The position numbers were made by a program, and so were the translations under genes. DNA of 55,979 nt, the filler included, from Jimgerdemannia flammicorona (taxonomy: Eukaryota): assembly GCA_003990765.1 (NCBI GenBank). It is 3 parts of 3 records of this genome, joined end to end, with 100 filler letters (N's around TTAATTAATTAA, not from the genome) between each part and the next. Parts side by side here need not be neighbours in the genome. Positions count along the whole stretch, not along the records: positions 37,392 to 55,979 come from RBNJ01002169.1; 2 more parts are not named here. One strand, 5' to 3'. The notes under the pieces are model-generated. The model had not been told where the DNA came from. It saw nothing but the letters and a program-made list of their open reading frames with translations, and ran no database searches. This document shows positions 47,201-55,979 of this stretch, in pieces. The stretch's first letter is position 1; the number at the start of each line of letters is the position of its first letter.

Positions 47201-47530
47201 AAGTATATAAATATATATTGTAATATATATCTTCTAGTAAGTTAAATATATATAATAAAGCTATGACTAACTCTGATAGAAAAAGATAAAGGTGAGCTAT
47301 AGATGAAGAATACAATTTACTCATCTAGAATATCATATAGGATTTAGTATCTCTTCTGCTAAATTACCAAATAACTGAATCAAAGTAGGTCTATAAAATC
47401 AAGTATAAGAGTGATGGAAGTATAGTATAGTATAGAGCTTATTTTATTATTAAGGAATATTTGTAAGACTATAGTATAGATTATAATGAACCCTTTTTAC
47501 CTATATTTAAGCTTACTTCATTAAGAATTA
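44216..47530 (+). mobile_element. Extremely AT-shifted Ty1/Copia remnant (putative LTR, PBS at ~44450, gag, PR, INT, start of RT)
   Basis: GATTATGAGCC (decayed GGTTATGAGCC PBS), FNRKDYIIWKF, RYFIIFINNY, KFEPKASKYIFLEY, AIDEEY..SK*VYKIK..DG..IDYNE; INT precedes RT. Confidence 0.85.
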
Positions 47531-49036
47531 GTACTCAAAATAAATGCAATTTATCTGGATAAGATTCAATTCAGATTTATTATGTAATAGATTTAAATTA
47601 ACTCATATTAGTTCTATAATCTGATCCAGATCACTCAAAATCTTTAGTGATATTACTCTTTCTTTATCTTTAGTGATATTATTCTTTCTTTGTTCTTTTA
47701 TTCTCTCTGATGCTTCTTTTTATTTCTTCTGCTATATCATGAATAAATAAATAATAGCTCTTAATTATATATTGGTCTACTCATTTTTTTACCTAATGAT
47801 CATCAAAAGAGAGAATATTTGAGATAGGAAAGTACTCTCTACTGATAATATTAAATTTTTTCTCATATGGGCAGCATACAAGCTGCTCATTGAGAGTTAA
47901 AGTAGTAATGGCAATGGTAATAATAATGATAATAGTGATGAGGATGAGGGAGAATTCTAGCAACAACTCATGATAACTCTTTGAATCTCAGAATTTATAG
48001 ATCTCATAGCTATATATGTAGCAGTCTTTTTAAAGCAGTCAGTTGTAGATGTAGGTTGCCTTTTTGCCATTATATTTAAATTCCCACAATATAATCAAGC
48101 TCATTTCATACTATTTCTCTTTTTCTTAGAGTCTACAACTCTACAGCAAGATCTGCTGACTTTATTACAATATCTAGTCAAGATAAAGAAAGGCTGGAGA
48201 ATATTGTGAGGCATACCTTTGATGGCTGAGCTATTGAGTCAATGTATCATATAGTAGAGATCTCAAAAGAATCAAAAGTAAGACTTTGTGAGCAATCTTA
48301 TATAACTTATCTCTATATAACTCATTTACATGTAACTCATTCTTATGCTCTTTTTCTCTATATTTTATTTAATATTATTTTTATATGTTCTCTTTTAAAA
48401 ACTTCTAAATAATACTTATATATATATAATTTGTCTACATACTTAACTTGGTCTACTACTTAAATCAAGACTCAGTTCTACTGCAGAGGAGAATTCAAAG
48501 TTACCCAAGTTTGACTACATATGATATCTGATCAAATAGAGAAGTTTGAGGGTAAGTTATTTAGTATGAGTAATATCAATATTATCATTAAGGCTTAGAG
48601 GTCTGTATTCAAATTGAAGTCAATCATTCTTGATCAAGGAGCCCATTGGTCTGTTGGAGTATTAAACAATAAAAAGAACTATATCATTATTAACAAACAT
48701 AGAGAGATTGTTGTAGTGGTGGTAAGGAATCTCTATAGTGATAAGCTTTGATATAATATTAATGAGGTTTATAAGAATTGCATCAAATACCAAGTAGTGG
48801 AAAAGAGGAGATATAAAAAGTAGAGAGGAGGAGTTTGGACTGAAATTAGATATATCACAACATTGGTAAAAGGTGGTTCTCTTGAGTTTTTTCTATATTC
48901 ATCTCCTTTTTTTTAAGATTTTCTTTACTAACCTATTTTTGTTAAATTTCTAAAGATATATAGGATTCTGTACTCTTATTAGAACTTTAGAAGTACTGAT
49001 AAAGAACAAGATGCATAAGCATAACACAGTCTATAT

Positions 49037-51113
49037 AGTAATAGCAGTTATAATCTGGAGTTCTTTGAGCAGATTACTAGACTGAACAACAGACCAGCTT
49101 AGTAGTGCTTTCAATATAGCTATTGTAATGTAGCAGACACTTACTCTTGAAAGTATGTCGGATTTCTATATCTTGAAAACTTGATCTTCTCTGACTCCTC
49201 AGAGTCCTTTGAGTTGCAGGGGAGGGTGGGTGAGTTCGAAGTGTATCTGCCTGCAGGCTTACTAGTTCCTTTGCTATCTCTTTGCTTTGAACTATTTCAA
49301 TCTGAGGTTTATTCACTCAAAGATACTGAGTTATTTATACAAGTTTGCTAGCTATGAGATGGTTACTGAGTTACGTGGCTAAGTTATGAATCATTTAACA
49401 CTTTGCAAAATATTTCACCAGTTGCAAAATGCTATACTATATTGAGAAGCTCGATCTTGCACTTTGTGAAATATTTAGCAAATGGCAGAATCGAGGACTG
49501 CTAACTATGTGGCTATACTACTTTGGGACTGGGTGCGATCAAGTGTCTGTTCTCTATTTCCTTCTTCCAAATCTGGCTATACCATTACAACTTCCTCCTG
49601 AATAGATGATCTTATCCCTAAAGCATCTATTCAAACTCTCAAGCTTCAATGGTCTGTATGGTCTTGTATTGTGCAATTTGTTGTATTACTGTTTCCCAAT
49701 GGTATCATCTGACTTGATCGAAGTCTGAGGGAGTCACTCCTTGCAGGTGGGCTAGTGCTGATTCATCCTCTTGGAATAGCTTGTAGATTCTCTTAGCAAT
49801 GGTGATCTGGGAATAGGAGAGCTGACATTCTGTGATCCAATTTTCTTTGGTCATTTCTGGGTCTTGGTTGAGTACTTGGCCAAGTTTGAAGTACTCTTGA
49901 AATTCGTTTCGATGCTGATAGGCTTTAAAGTGTGAGATTCGAGAGAGATGAGTCTATATGATGCTTTGGATACTGTCATAAGACTCCTCTATGGTCAGAG
50001 GCTTGGTGGTGCACTATTGTCTCTTGATGGCTCTTTGGGCAGTACTAGTGATCTTGAGTGCCATCGCAGTACTTTTGTTACTAGTTATTATATTTCTTGA
50101 GTCAGTTTCAGTGAATGGTGGTGGAGATTATTGTGCCTGAGAGTTTTCATAGCCAAAAGGTAGTCTCTTTTATATCTTGCACAAGGTAAGGTTCTTCCCA
50201 CTTGGGCTCCAGTTTTCGTGACCATGAAGCTTCTACTATATTCCAATATACCAGGACTTTGTCTCCTATCTTAATAATCTCTGAGGGTTTGTGGGTCTTT
50301 TTTGCATTCCTCCATTATAGTGTCTGCGCCTTGGTTATGTAATTCTCAGCCTTCTTCCTGATTTGGTATAGTCTCCATATTTCCATGTCCATGCATTTCC
50401 ATATAGCATCTCCATTGGATGATAGGGTTCCCTGAGAACATTCTTCTCTGAATAGTATTTCTCGAGGGGTAAAGTGGATATTTTGTGATCAAATATCCTG
50501 GAGAGCAGATAATGCTATTGGCAGATAGTGATCCCAGTTCTCATAGTTATCGCAGATCTTGGCTATAATATTCTTGAGGGTTTTGTTGGTCCTTTCTACT
50601 TATCCATTTCCTTGAGAGTGATATGCTGTGGTCTGAATATGCTGGATCTTGTACTTCTTGTAGAGAACTTTGAAGAACTGATTCACAAATTCTGTTCCTC
50701 TATCTGTAGTTACTTGTGTGGGGGTCTTGAACCAGCAGATGATTTCCTTGTAGAAGAAATCAGTGATTGACTGTGCATTGGCTTCCATAAGGGGTCCTGC
50801 TTCTATCCATTTTGTAAAAAGGTCTATGATGACAATGATGTATCGGTTGCCAGTCAAAGTCAAGGGTAGAGGGCTGATTACATCCATTGCAATGTGGGCA
50901 AATGGTACTGGTTCTATGTATGCTGATCCTGGGGCTCAATTTTGTTGGTCTTGTTTCTGTTTCTAGTATTTGTCACAGGTCTTGACGAATTGTCTGATAT
51001 CTTCCTCCATCCCTGGCCACCATATTGTTCTTCTTGCCTTATCATATGTATTTGTTCCTCCTAGATGGCCAAGTTCATGTACTGATTTCATCACTTGCTC
51101 CTTCTTGTGTTCT
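49037..51113 (-). mobile_element. Family-D Ty3/Gypsy 3' part: integrase (50160-51113), accessory ORF, PPT, short 3' LTR (~49037-49589)
   Basis: HELGHLG..WWPGMEEDIRQFVKTCDK, IDLFTKWIEA, TDRGTEF, KLEPKWEEPY; PPT AGGAGGAAG then TGTAATGG. Confidence 0.88.
49627..50064 (-). pseudogene. Family-D accessory ORF between integrase and PPT (146 codons, four internal stops, no frameshift)
   Basis: MALKITSTAQRAIKRQ...EFQEYFKLGQVL...LSYSQITIAKRIYKLFQEDESALAHLQGVTPSDF. Confidence 0.75.
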
Positions 51114-51398
51114 TGTAAGCACACAACCTCTAAGCTACTGAAATTATATGTCACCCTCTCAACAAGCCACTGAAATCATATGCGACCTCTGAACAAATCT
51201 GGAAATCACCTGCTTGATCATGAAGCTGAGTCAAACCGAAGTCACAGCGCACAAAGCTGAGTCAATATGAAGTCACAGAACACAAGATTTACACAAACAG
51301 AATCTTACCAATCAGGACCAAATGCATATATACTGAGCACTGAGATGCATCAAATCAGAGAACTAAAACAAACAACTACAACTTCCAAACAGACAACC

Positions 51399-52496
51399 AT
51401 GACCACTGAGATCTATACCTGTATCTACACTGACATTTGGAATACCATTGTCAACCGAGTTACATCCCCTCTATCCCTCATAAATATATATAGCCTAGCA
51501 CCCCTCTACTTCATGGAAGCCTGATGGAATGCTCTGAACATGCTTAGCGAGGCTCACCGAATCGGACAAATCTCAAGCTACTACCAGATCGGCCACCTCC
51601 TGGAAGACATGGTCAAACACCACCATGATACAGACATTACCCAGATGTCTCAACACCAGAAGCTCATTGCCCGCAAACATCGAGAACTCTTCTATAAGTA
51701 TAGCATCATTATTCCCTACCTCTGAGTTACCACCAGCGAAATGGTTGCTACTCTATCCTATGGCCAAATTGATGACATGATACAAGAAATCAATCACAAG
51801 TACCTCGAGTATGTCAAAACCACAGACAGAACCTTCCCACACCCCAATGATCACATCCTGCAAATGCCCCAAGTCGGATATGCCATAAAGGACATCTATG
51901 ATATAATCCACTTCGATGAAGATGAAGCAGAAGACAATGATCCCTCTGACACCAACATGACCTCTAGCCAAGGATTTCTGCCAACCCTGATCACTCCACC
52001 AACCTTGCCGATGAACTTACAACAGTTCATAACTGCATATGAGACTTATTGGGACAATGACCACTGGTACAAATACCAACCCGCATTCACCTCCAATTAC
52101 TTCAACTACAATGAAGAGACCAGAGAACACAACCTGTACCTCCAGACAACCCTCGAGATCGAACCAACCACTCTACCACCTGAGTACGAGTGACATGAAC
52201 CACAGCCGCCAGCTTACTACAATCCTGCAACTCATAGTGCTGTAACCTATAGAAGGTATACAGACAGCGAATCCAATGAAAGTGAAGACAATATACCCAT
52301 CCTTCATCCACCAACACCTTATCCAGTCTATGAGACAGACGATGCTATCCTGTGGGATGGAGACGAAGTTTCAATGTATTATTACCTCAGTAAACAAGGA
52401 GAGGTAATCTGCGAACCACTCTTCCTAGACGACTACTTTATCAGAGATGATGCAATTGATGGTGATGTCATTGAAGACTACCCAGATAGTGCCTAA
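51399..52496 (+). pseudogene. Family-B LTR accessory ORF, copy 3
   Basis: 1098 nt in one frame with three TGA stops. Confidence 0.8.
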
Positions 52497-55199
52497 ACTC
52501 ATAAATAGCCTAGCAGTCATAGTATAGTTAGATTAGTATTATATGATGTGACTGTGAACTGACTCAGCAGTCAGATGATCTCTTGACATGCCAGATCACT
52601 CTTGTACTATGTGACTGTATTCCGACTCAGCAAGGCACTTAGTGCTACATCCATATTCAATATAGTCCAGATAGCCCCTCACTAGTATAAATACCCCCTC
52701 CCCCAGACCTCAGAATCTGAGACTTGGATACACAGAACATTTCTGAACACTTCCCCACAATATCCCTTCACACAACTACTCTTAGTATAGCAATATCATG
52801 AATAGCAAATAAATCTATTCAAATAACCCACAAACTACCCTTAAGTAAATCTGCTCCCTGTTAGGTCCCACTCCTAACCTCGTCATGAAATTTCTTAATT
52901 GGGTACTGTCTGCAGCAATATGCCAATTCAACTAAGCTGGTCTTAGTTTCTTGAACTTCCTGAAATACAGAAATCCTGAACATCCAGAACTAGTCCAAAA
53001 AAGAACTTTGGTTGAGACATCAACCTAATCTTGAAATCAATAAGTATAGAGGATATACTCTATATGAAATTGATCTTGACCATAAGAAAATGGTCTTCCA
53101 GAATATCCAGAACTTCCAGAAAACTATTCTAGAACTATATAATGGCTACTCTAAAAAGTAACCCTCTTACAACTTAGTAGTAGTGGTTTACAATCCAATT
53201 CCACTTTAAGATGCTTCCTCACTCTGCTACAAACCCTTCTGAGAATTCCTACAATTTGGTATAAAGCCCAACCTCTGAACTGGAATTTATCCTGAACTAT
53301 CTGACAATCTGGAGAGAATTGAACCTGACGTACAAGGACAATTTGACCTCCACACCTGCAACAAGTGGGATAAACTTCATTCAAAGAAAGAAGTACTCTG
53401 GTTAAACTAGCAAATAGGTGAAACCTATTCACTGAACTCCTTGCACTACACCCAGTAAGTCAAGATAAAGAAGGTCTTATTGAAGCCTTTTTTACTCTTC
53501 TCAATAAGAGTTTTGTCAGCTCCATAAATCTGAGTGACCTAGAACAACCAGCAGCAGTCTTTCTAGCCTTAGTTCCTCACGAAGCCCAAAGCCTCTGTAG
53601 CCAAGTGGCTCAACTCTACCAACTTTCACCATACCAGGACCAAGACCGCATTATACTACTGATTCCAGAACAGCAAGGCCCACCATATCCTTAAAGAAGA
53701 AGTAAGAGAAACCCTTCATCAACTACCTGACCCTGAACCTGAAGCAGGCTCTGCTACAGCCCTACCTGAATCTGAAATGCAAACCGAACCTGAACTTGAC
53801 TTTGAATTAAGCCCATCTGAAATCAGATATACAACTGATTCCGTCTACTTTGAAGCTGAGCAAACCCAATTACATGGGGACCAAACTGAAAAAGAGGAGG
53901 AGTATCTCAGTAAATTCAATCCCAGATATACCACCGAAGAAGAAGTACCCCCATCAGGACAGAATACACCTACACAGCAACAAACAGTTACCTATCAAGC
54001 CCTCACTCCAGACCCACAACTACTACTTCAGCAACTTACCCAGACCTAAAGAACCCCATCACACTCTGCACCAGTACCTCAAGTAGTACCAGTAACACCA
54101 CTACCAGCAGTCCAACCACCTCTAGCAAACAATATGGCAAACCAACAGATTCTTGATCTCACAGCCCAAGTAGCTATAATGGCAGAAACCATTACTGCCT
54201 TAGCTGAACAGATCCGATCTACCAAAAATCTGAGCCTACCTACCTTCAATGGTATTGCACAAGAAGTCCAAAGCTTCATTAGTATAGTTGATACCAACTT
54301 TGAAGCCAATCAATGGACAAATGAGCAAGTTGCCGACTGTGTTCTGACAAACAATCAAGACCACACTCTGGAATAACTCTTTGCTACTACTACAGCCTAT
54401 GTCTGCCAAGTTGTTACATTCTTCCGAGGATCTCCCAAAGAATGGTGGTGAACCCTTCCTGAGAAACCCCTCACATGGGATACCCGACCTGCAGTAGTTG
54501 CTCAGAATGTAGCAAACAATGCCCCAGGATATGGAGTCCATCCTGCAGCATCTGGACTTAAACAACTCATGATTGCTCAATACCATAGTGAAACCATGAT
54601 TGCCGAATCTTGAGTAAAACTCCACAACCTCAAATTTGATATACATGACAAAGAAGAATTCGAAACCTTCTATACAAAACTCAAGTCACTCCTGAACACT
54701 ATTGGCCTAGGATATATTGCCAATGATGAAGCATGAAATGGTACAAGAGCAGACTATTTATTCAATGCCCTGCCTGAATGGCTTACTAGAAAAATCCGAG
54801 AACAAGGCCACCCAGTTGGTTGTGATCACCAACAATGATGCCTGGCAAGAATCAAGACCATGGTCAAGTGAATCCTAACAGCCAGACCAATTCTGCCCCG
54901 AAGACAATTCAACAACAAGGAAAGGACTTGGACTAAGAAAGAAGAACCCAAGCATGAAACATCCTGAGCTCCCTCTACATTCACCTCTTGGACACCTAGA
55001 AATCATGAACCCACCCAGCCAAGTACCTTCAATAAACTCACTGAAGGTGAAAGAAATGATCTTCGAAGAAGTGGAGTATGCTTCTATTGCCGAAACACAG
55101 GATACATGGCCAGTGCCTGCCCTAACCAAAAACCCCAAACAGCAACATGAGCAACTGTTACCACTCTGCACCACCTCAACAACCTGACCACCAGAACAC

Positions 55200-55605
55200 T
55201 GGACTTTGTCAAGTTAAGACAAACTGCTAAGGCCCCAACCAAAGGAAGTCAGAAAGTGGCTGGATATGACCTGTATGCAGCTGAAGAAGCTACAGTTTCC
55301 AACTGAGAAGTCAAATAAGTCTACACAGGAATCAGTATCCAAATCCCTGAAGGATATGTTGGAAGAATATGCTGTCACAGCAGCCTAGTACTAAAAGGAC
55401 TCTCAGTAGAAGGAGGAGTCATTGATGAAGATTACACAGGTGAAATCATTGTCCTCATTCGAAACCATAGTTGGACACCTTTCAAGATCCCTATTGGCTT
55501 CTGCATCGCCCAGATTCTATTCAAAAAAATTGAGTCAACCCTGACAGTCAAGGAAGTCCCTGAACTACTGCCTACCATCCGAGGATCCAAAGGATTTGGC
55601 TCATC
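55200..55605 (+). pseudogene. dut: dUTPase between gag and protease (family B)
   Basis: AGYDLYAA, TGISIQIPEGY, GGVIDEDYTGEI, IAQIL, RGSKGFGSS. Confidence 0.92.
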
Positions 55606-55979
55606 AAACAAGGCCCCAGCCCAATATACCATGAGCAAAGAAGAACAATTCTACAAGAAGGTCGAAGATGGATATGTACCAAGTGGCTGATGCCCTCATG
55701 GCATTGGAATGTACTCTTCCCGAATGATTGATGATTGCTTCTTCTGTATCAATGAACTGGCATAAAGAAGAACCAATAGAAGGAAAGCTCCTACAACCGA
55801 AATCACCACCATTGGATCAGACAAACTGCTCACCCTTAAGGCTTTTGTCAATGGAGCATCTGTCAAGATTATGATAGACAGTAGTGCCTCAGGCAACTTC
55901 ATCAATGAAGAGACAGCCAACAGACTCAAGGTCTTCACCTCCCCAGTACAGCAAACTCAAGCAGTTGCTACAGCTGATG

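Larger units (their letters stand above)
51114..55979 (+). mobile_element. Family-B element 5' part: 5' LTR (51114-53171), PBS, gag, dUTPase, ZnF-like module, protease; inserted in the family-D integrase and running off the window
   Basis: TGTAAG...CTTACA LTR; PBS TAGTAGTAGTGG; LPTFNG, CFYCRNTGYMASAC, MIDSSASGNFI. Confidence 0.92.

Noticed and set aside
47860..48900. Coding-like decayed segment, possibly a DNA-transposon transposase (also 31540-32080)
   Set aside because: Too mutated to identify catalytic motifs or termini by eye

Overview
Eukaryotic sequence, almost certainly fungal; the HSPA12-type Hsp70 and short GT-AG introns suggest an early-diverging, Mucoromycota-like lineage (inference). 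About 90% of the window is nested, mutation-riddled transposons. There are five distinct Ty3/Gypsy families (called A-E here), one Ty1/Copia remnant, an L1/Tx1-type LINE, four full-length copies of a ~1.2-kb poly(A)-tailed non-autonomous retroposon and a hAT-type palindromic MITE. One CpG-rich host island (37.4-42.7 kb) carries an intron-containing HSPA12-like Hsp70 gene. Two 100-nt N-spacers containing TTAATTAATTAA are assembly joins. Main result: four Gypsy families (A, B, D, E) carry a homologous, unannotated accessory ORF 3' of pol, with the signature Y-x-[IL]-G-x-[LV]-L...IA-[RK]-[RK]-x3-[LI]-F. In families A and B this gene sits inside the U3 of very long (1.6-2.0 kb) LTRs. Families A, B, C and E also encode dUTPase at two different polyprotein positions, and A and B share a CPHG...CxxC zinc-finger-like module next to it. 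The repeats show heavy CpG and CpA C-to-T decay (RIP-like). All translations and alignments were done by eye; no database searches were run.
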